The notes: generated from the sequence alone by a model not told the origin. A stretch of DNA of 64,000 nt from Lama guanicoe (GCA_013239625.1 MU053561.1:1969818-2033817); one strand, 5' to 3'. Shown: positions 50,286-62,929, numbered from the stretch's first letter. A program made the numbers and translations.

Positions 50286-51180
50286 CTATGGTATTACTCT
50301 CAGTATTTTCATGCATGCTTGAAATATTTCATAATTTGGACATTTTAATGAAAATAAGAACTGAGCTGAAAACAGAAAGGGTTCACAGCAGTCTTGAGTA
50401 TGGCGGGAGGCATGAAGACTTGAAAACACCCCTGGTGTGAACTGCGGGAAGACACGGTGGCTCCTTACATTTGACATCGGGGACCAGCTGCCCCTTGTCG
50501 CCACCCCCATCCTTCCTGGGCCTGTCTCTAGCGCTACTTCTCCACATTGGGTTGGAATCATCTGTCTCTCTCTGTTTCCCCATGGACTGTTTGCAGGTCT
50601 CTGAAGGTGAGTCCCTTTGGCAGCTTTGTGCCTTTAAGAACAGTGCCTCTTAAACAGCTGATGTAAAATAATGATCATTGGATGAATAATGAGGCCCTGA
50701 ATAATGAGGCCCAAGAAAAGAAGCCACTTGCTCCTCTTGCAAGTGTCCCCACTGCCCTTCCCACCCTGAGCCACACAGGAGCTGACAGCTGGGAGTCCTC
50801 ACTAAGCAAAACCAAAGCCCCAACTCCAGTTGGACCGTAGCTTAGAGGCTGGAGTCACCACCTAGGATGGTGGAGGCAGCGTGAGAGGGGATACAAATCA
50901 GAGTAGGGTCGGTGGGGACAGATGCTGCAGTGGGCCAGGTGCCAACGTGACAAGGCCCAGCTGCAGCAGAGACGAGAGCATCTTGGATGTGATGGACAAT
51001 GCTTGGCGAGAAGACAAGCTGCTGCCAAGTTGCCTTCCCAGGATGCTGCAGTGCTGCTGAGTGAGCTTTCCGACCTGAGCAGGGAAACCGGGTCACCACA
51101 GAACCTGCTGAAGAACGATAAAATGAAGTGTGTGGACTTAGTTAGCTTCACGGCACCTCCGAGAGAATGTTCCTCCGCGC

Positions 51181-51224
51181 CTCTAGCCCCGCCCCTCTAG
51201 CCCCGCCCCCTCTAGCCCCCGCCC
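51181..51224. repeat. Three tandem copies of a 14-15-bp GC-box unit (ctctagccccgccc)
   Basis: ctctagccccgccc ctctagccccgcccc ctctagcccccgccc. Confidence 0.9.
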
Positions 51225-51851
51225 GCATCGGAAACTGATCTCTGACTTCTTTTATAGGGAATTAGAAAAACAAAATACATAGATGCCAAATGTTCTCTTC
51301 CAGCTTCTCAATTAAAATTTCTTAGTAATAAATCAACTCGCAAAAGGGTACACCCACTTGGTCGGCGGCAGCAGGGTACAACGTGAAAATACTCACCGGA
51401 ATGAGAATCTGATTAGATTTCTCAGGAATGCAGGATATTTGACTTCTTTGAGCCTATAGCTCTCCATTCATTAGCTTGTGTTTGACCATGATGGGTTAAA
51501 CACTTGCCGTTAACTCTGATTTTTATGTACTGTCAGATTCGAACACTTCCGGATTGCTTAAATGGGTCTTGTGATGCACCGGGATTGAAGATACGAGCGG
51601 GAAAGGCAAAGAAAGAGGAAGGCAGATTTAAGGAGGATTATGAACTTCTCACAGCCCACACCGAGAAGCTTTCTGAGTGGATGTGCATGGAGCCTGTAGT
51701 TGGATATTTAGATAGCCTGCTCACTCATTACTGAGATGCCTAAGATTCCTCAAGGTATTTTCAAACTTTCAAATAAAGCTACAGATTTAAAAGACTCATA
51801 CCTTTACTTTTCAAAATTAGAAAGCTGTGAATTAGATAGTGAGATAGTCAC

Positions 51852-52226
51852 TTTTTTATATTTCTTTTTTAAATTGTATAGTTGATTTACAATATACTAG
51901 TTTCAGGTGTACAACATGGTGATTCAGTATTTTTATAGATTATATTCCATTTAAAGTTATTATGTTGTTGGCTCTGTTCCCTATGATGTAAATTATATCC
52001 TTGTAGCTTATTTATTTTATACACAGTCGTTTGTAACTCTTAATCCCCTACCCCTATCTTGCCCCTCCCCACGCCCCTCTCCCCACAGGTAACCACTAGC
52101 TTGTTTTCTGTATCTGTGAGTTTGTTTCCATTTTGTTATATTCACTTGTTTGTTTAGTTTTTAGATTCCACGTATAAATAATAACATACAAAAAAAGTAA
52201 AATTAAATTAAATTAAATTTAAAAAA
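51852..52226 (-). mobile_element. L1 3' UTR fragment
   Basis: tatagttgatttacaat...tttcaggtgtacaacatggtgattcag...ggtaaccactagcttgttttc...ttagattccacgtataa. Confidence 0.85.
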
Positions 52227-52589
52227 TAGTTATCTGACAATGAAAAAAATAAGTCAGAGTCATATACCAGAGCTTCGGTGACACCGCTCATGGTCTTCTC
52301 AGCCAGGACCACTCCCAGGCAAAGCATGAATTCTGGTCTTCAAAAGTGTAGAGTCAAAGGCTCACTAATCCCAATTCTCCGCCATCACTTTCTTCTTCAG
52401 AGCAACGCCACGCGCTATGACCATGCCTCGCTTGCTTATCTAATAGTAACCTATTCCTCAGAAAAGAGAGGTCTTTTTAGTTCATTGTAGAACTTCTCAT
52501 TCACTGTGTTAATTAAGAGGAAAGCTGGTCAGAATTTATCTGTAAGTAATTCTCTTCCTTTCCAGCTTCTAGACAAAAACAAACCTCCA

Positions 52590-53360
52590 AGTTATCTTGG
52601 GTTCCTTTCTCTCCCTTTCCTCCCACTTCCAGTCGGCTGCCAAGCACTGTCAGTCCTGCCTTCACAGCATCTCTTACATCCTGGCCCAAGCCTTCTCCTC
52701 CAGCCACTGCTGCGGCTCCCTGGTTAGCCTCCTCGCTGGCCTTCCAGGTTCCTGTCTGTCCTCCTCCACCACGTCCTCCACAGTACAGACATAATTGTCT
52801 TCTTCCAGTGCCTGGGGCCCAGTAAGGGCTTAGGAAATGTTCACTAACCCTGAATCTTTGCTTTTCCCACCATCTTATTCAGAACTCTAAAGGCATCCCT
52901 CGACAGCCACCACCCTGCGCCCAGCACATGAAGTCTGAACTCCTTGGCCTGCCCCTGGAGAGCCCCCAACTCTAGCCTGGCCCACTGTCATTGCCACCCT
53001 CTATGGAGCGCCCATCTGGCCATCATGAGGGACCCCTTCTGGTGCAGGCCTGCTTCTTGTCCTTCGCCCCCACTACTCCCTCTACTTGCAATGCCCTTTC
53101 CCACAGACACATACTACCCACTCTGCAGGACCCAACTCCAGGGCCACCTTCTCCTTGAAGGCATTCCTGATCCCACGCAGCTGGATGCGCCCTCTCCTAA
53201 GTAAGGAGAGAGCACTCTTGTCCTCCGGCTCTGGAAACTCATTGTCATTTAAGTACATGTCATCTGAGGTTGTGCATATTTTGAGAACATCTATGTCTTC
53301 ACTGCAGTGTCGTGTAAAGTGCACACCAGCCTGGCGGCCACATAGCAGGTGTCAGTGAAT
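52590..53360 (+). mobile_element. L2 fragments
   Basis: tcttgggttcctttctctcc...ccagtcggctgccaagcactgtc; gacccaactccagggccaccttctcc; cacatagcaggtgtcagtgaatg. Confidence 0.55.
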
Positions 53361-53589
53361 GCTGCGTCTCCCCGTTTCTGTCAAGCTTTTGGTTAAGATC
53401 AGCTGCTAAAACCTCTGCAGCACAACTTTTCTTGAGAAGCCCAGGGATTTCACCATTGTGTCTTTCTGCTTCTTTTAGGGACAATCGTATGGGGTAGCGG
53501 AACACAACAGACTGGAGTCCGAATCATCTTGGTGATTTTAGAAAATTTGTCTAACTTCTTCATTTTTTTTCACCTTTAGGATAGACTTC

Positions 53590-54137
53590 TTATCCACTAG
53601 AGTAGAACTGTAAAGATTGAGCTTATGTCAGCAAGAGACCCCCAAATAGAAAGACTCAAAGAAGCTAGAAGTTTATTGTCCTTTCATGTAATGACCCAGA
53701 GGCGGGCAGGTGGTTGAGGACAGGCAGGAGCTGGTCTCTGAGGCCAGCCAGGGACCCAGGTTCCTTCTGCTGCATGGTTCTACCATTGCCCAGATGAGCT
53801 AAAGTTTACTTACAGCCCCTCAACCATATCTACTGCCAGTTCCCAGGAAGGTGAGCAGAGAGGAAATAGCTCCCACAGTGAGGACTTCACCCCAAAGTTG
53901 TACATATCACTTTTGTTTGAAACCTATTGGATAGAACTTAGTCACATGACTACACCTAGCTGCAAGGGAGGCCTGGAAATGTTTATCAGCCCCAAGAATC
54001 TGATTCTCCCATCTTCCGATTCAGGAATAGCTAGGAAGTCACATACACTGCTAAAATTCAAGGCAGGGAGAGGTCCTGTTACTAAAAGAAGGCAGCTGAG
54101 AATGGATAAGGGGAGACAAGTACCAGTCTTTGCCACA
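53590..54137 (-). mobile_element. MaLR LTR (MLT1J/K-like)
   Basis: tagaagtttattgtcctttcatg...ttggatagaacttagtcacatgactacacctagctgcaagggaggc...agtctttgccaca. Confidence 0.75.
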
Positions 54138-57100
54138 CCTCCCTCACAGAGTTGTTGCAAAGATCAAATGCAAAGACTGGGAAAGCAGCCAACATTAACC
54201 TGCAGCAAAATCAGCATTCATTCCCTGCTAATTATCTCCTTACTCTCCACTTGCCGAGCAGCCTTCCACTTAGCAAGTTCTCACTATATTTTTGATGAAT
54301 GAAGAATGCGCAAATGAATGAGTTCATTTTGAAGGCCCACCATTTCTAACTAAATAAAACCATTTGTAATTAATCGCTGTTGTAGGCAAGCTTGTTGCTA
54401 ACGTCGTTTACGCTGGTTTACTGTGTAAGTGGATAAAGAGCTCTCTTTCCACATCATCAATTTGCCAAACTAATGGAATTCTGCTGAGTACCCCTAAGCC
54501 TCAAAGGTTCCCAGATGAGGAAGACTGACATTATTAAGACCTATGGCTTAGTGTGTGATTGCTAAACTGCATTTTATGTGGATCCCTGCTGTTTCTGCGG
54601 AGATCAGATAGCCCAGGAAGCAATCCACGCCAGCCAGCCGCTCACATTCTTTAGTCTGAGCGCTCATGTTTGGACTCTTTCCAGGGACCCGGGGATGGAG
54701 CAGTGGATGGGCGGGTGAGTGGGGGGCTTGGCTCTCCAGGAGAAGCTGAACAGGATTAGAGGTCACGGCAGCCTGTGACTCCTGGGAGAAGAGCCTGTGG
54801 AGAAAGGTCTACACCAGAGCAGCTTCCCTGTGAGGAATTCCTGGGGTTCTCTACCCCTATGCTAAGCATGGAGCAGCCTCAAAACCAGCTGCTGTCGGCT
54901 GGAGCCTGTTGCTCCAGCTGTAATTCTGCAGCCTATCACCGTAGTCCGTGGACTCTCAGAATTCTTTGCAGGGAAGTTCTTAAGCAGTGACTCAGCGAAG
55001 GTCTTAAAAAGTCCAGGAATTGTCATTTAAAGCAATCCCCAAGGCTCCAAGAAACTAAGCAAACTGACCTAAATAGAAAAGCAACTTTTTGATGGCTACT
55101 GGGAGGCCGCCACAGCCTCACTGCACACATGGTCCAGAGGAAGCCAGGAAAGGGTACAAAGCCGCCCTGCGAAACCCCGTGAGATTCCAGGGCAGCCTCC
55201 CTTGATGGGGGCGGAAGTCAGGAGCCATGTGACCGGGCAAGTCAATCAGCACTCGCCCAAATGGTCCGGATTCCCAGGGCTCCCCTGTGACTTCCCCTAT
55301 CGACTTCCTCTTCATTATCACCTCACTCAGGACCACTTCCTACTCCCTCCTCTTGCAGAGTTTCTGTGTTTACCGCTTCTCTTGAAACCTCAGAATTTGT
55401 ATACTAAGATATTTCCTGAAATTGGACTGCGCTCACCCAACCGCTCACAATCTTCTCTTTTTATCATACTCTAGGCTAGTATCAAGATTCCTGGAGAGAA
55501 AACACGTCAGATTGCTAATTGTGGATGAATATATGAGTGTAATTGTATGTGTGCGTATACGTGTGTGGGCACATGTATGTATATATTTAGGGATTTTCCT
55601 AAATAACCACTTACTCAAATAATGTTTCAGGGTGTCTGCTATGCCCACGTATTGCTCCAGGTGCAAACAGCCAGCAGTGCATAAAACAGACTAAGTACCT
55701 CCTTTGCTGATAACTGGGGTAGACTCACAATAAACAAATAAATATTACATAGTAAGTGGGGGTCTCTGTATACACTACGTACCCACATGCACACACACAC
55801 ACCGGCTGGTATATAATCTAATAATTAGATGCCCAATAAAAATAATGAGAGCTAATATTTATTGAATACTTATTAAATGTCAGCTGTTCTTTGAATTCCT
55901 AATAACTCCCAAACTAGGAAATACTATTACCTCCACACGCAGGCAGAAAACTGCGGCCCAGGGAGAGAACACAGCTAGGAAGTACAATGTGAAATTCGAG
56001 CCCAGACACTGTCTCCGAGCCTGAGTTTCCTTATTCTTTCTCTTGAAAATGGGCTGTCTTTGTAAAAAGGTGGCTGTAAACCACCCTCAGCTGCCCCTGC
56101 CGTTCTAAGAAGAGCAAGTTCCAAAGAAAATATCTGGGGATAGAGAAACATTGGGTGAGCATCGTGCCTGCAGTGTGATTCTCCTCTCCCAGTGTCTGCT
56201 TTTATCTGACAGCAAGGAAGAGGCAAAAAAGGAAAGCCTTTTCTCAGCTATGTCATAAACGCATACTTGTATTTCTTGTTTAGAAAAAGAAAGGGGGCAA
56301 AGACAAGGCTGAGTGATGGCAACACACTTCCCCACATGGAGATAACATAATTCTTGTTGATTCTCCAAGGGGTGATGGAAGGAAGTGGGGAGAGGAATCA
56401 GACGGATACATCCACAGGGAGATTCTGATTACTGGGTCCCCCTACCTCAACCCTTTGAGACCCACTAGGATAAATATAAGTTTCCTGTAGTGGCTTTGAA
56501 AATCAAGATGTCAAAGGGCCTTTGATGGAAGTTTTGGCCTAAAAGTGATTTACAGTGAGTTATTTTTATAACCACTATATTTTAGTTACTATTTATTGAA
56601 TGCCTATTATGTGCAAAGCAGTGGCTAAATTTCTCAGGGACATTGTCTCATTTAGAATTAGAAACATTAAATTTGCTTGAGTTCCAAGGAAAACCAGCAA
56701 TTGATTAAGATTTATGACAACTATTAATGGTAAGTGGAAAATGAACAAACTCTACTTATGGAATTATTTAAATCTTATTCTAAATGGAAATATCAATCTA
56801 TATAGCCATTGCCATGCTGTTAACTTAATGGGTTTTTTTTAATCAAAAGGCATAGTCAAATAGGAGAACTTGCTGAATTCTTTCTCTCATTCTTGCCTCT
56901 GGTAAGCCTCTATGGACTGCTTATCATAATAGTCATCATCAAAGCAGAGTCATTGCATGGTTAGTGTGTGAGGGAGCAACAGATTTGATAATGGAGATGC
57001 AAAAAAAATGTAAGACGTGCATTCTGTCCTTGGGGATTGGGAGGTGTGGTTGAGAGATGGAACTTACAGGTGGAAATTCAAAAAGCACAGTGAGTGACCA

Positions 57101-57475
57101 GGCTCGGAGTCAGATGAGCATGCAGGTGACAGGAGCACAAGGTGAGAGAAGGTGAGGGCTCTTCGGAAGCCAAAGATTCCAGGAGGTGTCCTGGAGTCAC
57201 AGATCAGTGCTTTTCTTCTGAATTCTCCCTTCTGGATCTCAGCCTCCACTCCTTGCTTTCTTCTCTCCCTTGCCCAAGTCACCGGTATCGTCCTACCCAG
57301 AAGCCAGTTTGGTCTTGAACCTCTTCTATAATCTCCTGTTTTTAGCTAATGACATATTTTCATCAGCCAACCAACATGATTTAATAGGCCCCTGCATGTA
57401 CAGGTGGTAGGAACCACAGCAGGACATGGGGTAGGTAATGAATGAAGCAGAAGATACAGCTTTTATCCCTAAAAC

Positions 57476-57914
57476 TGAAGTGGACACTTATTGGGGAAGC
57501 TGCTGTTTCACCAGAACTGCCCCTTCTCGGGGTAAAGCCCCTGATACACAGGGTGTATCTCCCATCTTCACCCTCCAGCGGGTCTTGTCTATATGCGCAA
57601 CCTTGCCCCTGGCTCTAGCCACGCACCAGTTCTGAGCGAGGCCAATTTCAGATTCTCCCCTGCGAAACACCAGGCCTGGTCTTCACTGCGGCTGATTCGC
57701 ATTAACAACAGGTTCTAGATGGAAGGATCTGCCGCTGAGGCCGTTGGCATGTCCTGCTTTCTCCCCTTCCCACAGCTGAGCTGTTGGTTCAGCCTTCTCC
57801 CTCTATAGATGCCCCAGGATTCCTTCAGTAAGTATCCTCCTCCCTTTATTTTTTGCTGAAATCAACTAGAGTTAGTGTCTGATGTTTTCAAATAAAAAGA
57901 TTAAATTATTCACA
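57476..57914 (+). mobile_element. 5' LTR of an ERVL-class provirus relic (LTR16/LTR33-like)
   Basis: Starts tgaagtggacac and ends caaataaaaagattaaattattcaca, followed by gattggttctag (internal start); resembles the sequence starting at 60786. Confidence 0.6.
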
Positions 57915-58287
57915 GATTGGTTCTAGAGAGTCTGTTGCAGATTCCAGGCCTTCAAGGAAAAGGTAAGCATGGGTCATTGTAGTGAGGTGGGAAGGAAAGC
58001 AGTAAGACTCTACCTTGTATTCAGATACAGGAAATTGCTACCTTGGTAAGAAAAAATGGCAAACATCTACAAGTGTTATTTCTTGTGGTCACTTGGAACC
58101 ACGTGAGTGGTAAGGTTTTGGGGGGCCCAAGAGCTGCCAACATAAAGCAGTTTAAAAGAGATGAAAACGGCCAAGAGCACAGGGTCAGATGTTGCTCCTG
58201 AGTGCACTGGGATAACCTACTGTAAGAAACCAGCAAACTGAGTCCCAGAAGCCTTCCCTATAGGCCTAAATTCAGAATCAAGGCCTT

Positions 58288-60066
58288 CAAGAATATACAA
58301 TGGAGAAAAGACAGTCTTTTCAGCAAGTGGTGCTGGGATAACTGGACAGCAGCATGTAAAGCAATGAAGGCAGAAAAATCCTCATACCGCACATAAAAAT
58401 AAACTCAAAATGGCTTAAAAACTTAAACATAATACAAGATACTATTAACTTCCTAAAAGAAAACACAGGCAAAACATTCTCTGACATAAATCTTAGCAAT
58501 GTTCTCCTAGGGCAGTCTACCCAGGCAATAGAAATAAAAGCAGAAATAAACAAATGGGGCCTAATTAAACTTACAAGCTTTTGCACAGCATTGGAAACCA
58601 TAAGCAAAACAAAACAACAACCTATGGAATGGTAGAAAATATTTGCAAATGATGAGACGGACTAAGGTTTAATTTCCAGAATATATAAACAGCTCATAAA
58701 ACTTAGGAACAAAAAAGCAAACAACCCAATCCAAAAATGGGCAGAAGACCTAAACAAGCAATTCTCCAAGGAAGACATACAAATGGCCACTAGGCATATG
58801 AAAAAATGTTCAATATCACTAATCATCAGATAAATACAAATCAAAACTACAATGAGGTATCACCTCACACCAGTCACAATGGTCATGTCGACTGAAATAA
58901 ACGTGCAGCCTAAAAGTTAAGTTATGTTTTACTTGGCGGGAGGACTTGAGCCGGGATGACAGCCTCTCAGATAGCTCTGAGGGACTGCTCCGAAGAGGTA
59001 GGGGAGGAGCTAGGATATATAGGAGCTTTACAACAAAGACCAGGTAGTTGGAACAATAAAAGATTGCTTGTTATCTAAAGAAAGCCAGGCATCTCAAGTT
59101 AAAGAATTTAGTGCTTGTCTGTGTATGGGAGGAAGCAAACATTTGGGCTCACTGAATTCATTCCTTTGACAAGTGGCTGCAGAGGCCGGGCTGCAGGCCT
59201 GTCCTCACTGGGAGGGTGGGGGGGTGGCAGCCGCTGATGACTTGATTTCAGCATTCTTTGTTTACTGATATAGTTGCAGTATTTTTTCATTCACATTGCA
59301 GTATTTTCGTTCACAGCCATCATTCAAAAGTCCACGAACAATAAATGCTGGAGAGGCTGTGGAGAAATGGGAACCCTCCTACAGTGTTGGTGGGAATGTA
59401 GTTTGGTGCAGACATTATGGAGAACAGTATGGAGATTCCTTAAAAAACTAAAAATACACTTACCATATAATCCATCAATCCCACTCTTGGGCACATATCC
59501 AGAGGGAACCTTAGTTCAAAAAGATACACACATCCCAATGTTTGTAGCAGCACTATTTACAATAGCCAAGACATAGAAACAACCTAAATGTCCATCAACA
59601 GATAAATGGATAAAGAAACTACAATGGAATACTATTCAGCCATAAAAAAGAATGAAATAATGCCATTTGCAGCAACGTGGATGGGCCTAGAGATCATCAT
59701 TCTAAGTGAAGTAAGACAGACAGAGAAAGACAAATGCCATATGATATCACTCATATGTGGAATCTAAAAAAAGAAAAAAGAAGGCACTAATGAACTCATT
59801 TACAAAACAGAAACAATCTTATGGTTACCAGGGGAAAAGGGGTGAGAAGGGATAAATTTGGAGTTGGAGATTTACAAATGTTAACCACTATATATAAAAA
59901 TAGATATAAAGCAAATTTCTTCTATATAGCACAGGGAACTATATTCAATATTTTATAATAATTTTTAATGAAATAGAATATGAAAACCTATTACTGGGAC
60001 ACTATACAAAAGAAATTGACACATTGTAACTGACTATATTTCAATAAACAAACAAACAAACAAATA
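58288..60066 (+). mobile_element. 5'-truncated young L1 (ORF2 3' part, 3' UTR and (AAAC)n tail)
   Basis: ORF2 motifs [19 protein letters not shown]...[12 protein letters not shown] aatc(a/c)aggcctt at 58276-58287 and 60067-60078. Confidence 0.92.
58886..59315 (-). mobile_element. ERV1-class solo LTR inserted in L1 ORF2
   Basis: TG...CA ends; 4-bp TSD gtca/gcca (58882-58885, 59316-59319); the L1 reads through when the insert is removed (caatgg-cca-tcattcaaaag). Confidence 0.85.
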
Positions 60067-60721
60067 AATCCAGGCCTTAATAGAATCCCACTAGCTACTG
60101 ACCTGAGGTCACTAAGACCCAAGTTCAGAAACTGGTATTTCAGGTTATGGAATTATGCCTCCACCTGCATTTACAAGCTCAGTGAGGCTTTATCTGTAGA
60201 TATAATGTGATCAGGAAAAAGTGGAATTCTGGCAATGGAAATTGTGATATATGGGAAGGGTCAGAGGAAGTGGGGAAGCTAAGCCTTCAAGCCCCCCTGA
60301 AACGTTCCTCACTGCACCCCAACCCCCACCAACTGGAGAACACTAGCCATCCACACCACTGGGATCCACTGTGCAGTGATGCCCACTCTGTGACCAGCAT
60401 TTGAACGAGCGTAGAGAAGAAAGAAGTTATACTGGCTAAGGAGTATCAGAAGATGGGAGAAACTGTGCTGGCACAGACTTTAAGGATAGGATGTGTGATT
60501 AGAGGCTTCATTGGCTAAGTAGTCCATAGTCTATTGCCTATCAGACGGGCTTCCAACATCACTAGAGTAAGAATGAAGGTCACCCAGCTGTCAGAGGACG
60601 GTGGCCCCATGACAACACCTTGGTCGCAGTAGCTCCTGTAACCTTGAATTATAGCCCATTGCATTTGTGGTTGTATGGGGGCACGTCAGACCGTGTTGGT
60701 CACGTGGGATGAAGTGTGCTC

Positions 60722-60760
60722 TGTGTGTGTGTGTGTGTGTGTGTGTGTTTGTGTGTGTGT
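60722..60760. repeat. (TG)n microsatellite
   Basis: About 19 TG units with one interruption. Confidence 0.95.
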
Positions 60761-60785
60761 TATGCTAAGCAACGAAGAAGGAGAA

Positions 60786-62400
60786 TGTAATAGACACCAG
60801 GTGGAGCAGCTGCCTGAGTCACGACAGTGTCCCCCTCTCCGAGTTCAGCCCTAAAACTCGGGGTGGGTCCCGGAAGTCTGTCTATATTACGTGAACGTCC
60901 CCAGCACCCCCACCAGCACCACTACCATAGCTGGATGCAGTGATGAGCCAAAGGCCAGGCACGGGGGGACTCTGCCCTGGGTGCAGGCAATACGGAAATC
61001 TGTAGAGAATTTAAAAACAATAATAAAAGCCACTGGAAGTCAACCTGTTTTTTATTATCACCATGTGCTGGCAATTCCAAAAAATGTCAGTGATAAAGTA
61101 CTCCTTCCTGAAAAAAAATCTTTTGTTGGTTTAAATTCTAAACCATCGCTGCATGACTGCTGACTTTTAATAATGTGTATGTAAGCTTCAAATTAGCACG
61201 TTTTCATTACTTTCCTTTATAACTTGTGTTCTCATGGAAGTTGATTTGGAGAACTCCCAGTTACATGATCACACCCCAGTACACGTAGACTCAGCCACAC
61301 AAGTTTGTTTAAGTGAATTCCTAGCAGTTTGGAATCATCCAAGCTCGTGTCATGGGTCCGTTCTCTGGAATACTAGGAACTCCTGCAGCTGTAGATTCAA
61401 AGTAAGCAGTAGTAGCCTGGTGATAACAAAAATGAAGAAATAGAACTCATGTTACTTCAACTCTGTCATCTGTGAATGTCAGGAGAAAGGGCAAAAGAAG
61501 CTGGTCTTACATGGACCAAGGAAATCAAGAGGATGTTGGTTGACTCCCTTGATCACCAAAAACCCAGACACTTGATAGAAATCAATGGGTCAGATAATGT
61601 TACTATCTACGATCATTCAGACATGAACTCTGATTTTCATAGAACAATATCTTCGGAAGTTTTAACTAACAAGAAAAAAATGTTCGATGAATTTTTTATT
61701 TTGCTAGAAATTGTTCCACTATGTCAAGACTTGAAAGCCACTAGAATCAATGCCTATGACTCAAAGACAAGAACAGTGTTGCAGTTTCTAGAATTTATTG
61801 TAAAATGGGATCTTTGCGAATCTCTGCTAAATTTATTTTTATGTTTAAAATTTTACCTATTTATTCATGTTTTACTTCATATGAGAGAAACATTTTTAGA
61901 CTAAAATTAATAAAAAGTATTGTTCAGTCAACCAAGAGCGAAGAGAGATGGACATATTATAATGCCTATTAAACATAAATATGCCAAGATTTGTTTTGAC
62001 AAAATTGTTTGCAAGATACAACTTGAAAACAAAACTGAAATGTTATTATTCACTGCTGTGGCAGACCAATATGCAAGTATCAATTTATTTTCCTTTTTTT
62101 CCAAAAAAATATGATGTAGTAAAGCGTATTATTTCATTACATTTTCCCTTCATTATTCTGCAATAGTTATTTTATTTTGTATCTTTTTTATTTACTTTTT
62201 ATTGGGACGACTGTATATACAAAGTTGAATAATAAACTTTTTTTCACTGTGTTTCTTTTCTGCATAATTATTATTATTAGCTGTATTTCATGATTCTTGT
62301 TGAAAATCTGTTCCAGGTCTAATATGCCACGTACATTCCTAGCTGGTTGATCCAGAGCATGTAACTGACCCAAACTGGGGGCCAATCAGTCCTTCCGCTA
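60786..62400 (+). mobile_element. 3' LTR of the ERVL relic (60786-60937 and ~62350-62400), split by a hAT element
   Basis: tgtaatagacac...cagctgcc...cccctctccgagttcagccctaaaactcggggtg aligns by eye to the 57476 LTR start; resumes with ctgacccaaactgggggccaatcag. Confidence 0.55.
60938..62341 (+). mobile_element. hAT-Tip100 DNA transposon (MER97-like) with a decayed transposase C-terminus
   Basis: MER97-type start cagtga...ccctgggtgcaggcaata...tgtagagaatttaaaaacaataataaaa; 8-bp TSD gctggatg/gctggttg (60930-60937, 62342-62349); translation CESLLNLFLCLK../..TSYERNIFRLKLIKSIVQSTKSEER resembles the hAT dimerization domain. Confidence 0.85.
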
Positions 62401-62929
62401 CGGAGCCTGCCAGCTGCCCTGCTTCTGCTCTTCCCACAGCCTCCTTGGATCGTGTGCGAGACCCTAGAATCATTCCAGTAACCTCACCCGAAACCTTAGA
62501 GCCAAGATCAGTGTCTACTCCAGGGATAACTGTTTTTACACAAGGGAGGACCTCAGGGTAGAGGAAGAAAGAAAAGACGGAAAAAGTGCGGTCAGCCAAA
62601 ATGCTGCAGTGTAAACCCACCCCTGCTCCCCTGTTCCCTCTGTGGGTGAAACCTCTGAGTCACGTCTCCGGACCGGTGGACAGTGGATGCACAGGAAAGG
62701 GAGGCAGGGCAGGGGTGCAGTGATGTGGTACCTGAGCAAAGGATGCCTGCGTACTGGGAGAGCGCCACACCTCCCTTCTCTCTCCAGAAGCCCCCCGCCC
62801 AGGACTATCTTGTGCCACCTAAGCACGTGGGTTGTCCTTGTTAAAAGATGACAGTGATATCAACCCCTAGGGTGGCCACTAAAAATTGTGAACACCTAGA
62901 GTCCAGGATCACGCATTAGATATGAATCG

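Larger units (their letters stand above)
57915..60785 (+). pseudogene. ERVL internal region with gag remnant (split by an L1 at 58288-60066)
   Basis: Decayed translations GQMLLLSAL, EVTKTQVQKLVFQVMEL and IRKKWNSGNGNCDIWEGSEEVG resemble the ERVL gag N-terminus (GWLLLS.L...ENQTQNLI.RVA.L...LIGKEWDPENWNGDVWED); purine tract gaagaaggagaa just before the 3' LTR. Confidence 0.6.

Noticed and set aside
50684..50712. 15-bp tandem duplication gaataatgaggccc(t), and similar ones at ~28526, ~32088 and ~48740
   Set aside because: Ordinary micro-duplications with two copies and no spacers, so not CRISPR-like arrays.
50922..51200. 92-aa ORF upstream of the GC-box repeat
   Set aside because: No recognisable family or exon boundaries.
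51504..51734. Protein-looking 76-aa frame after a weak acceptor, and a minus-strand donor-like actcacc at ~51391-51397
   Set aside because: No recognisable homologue and no partner exons; such signals occur often by chance.
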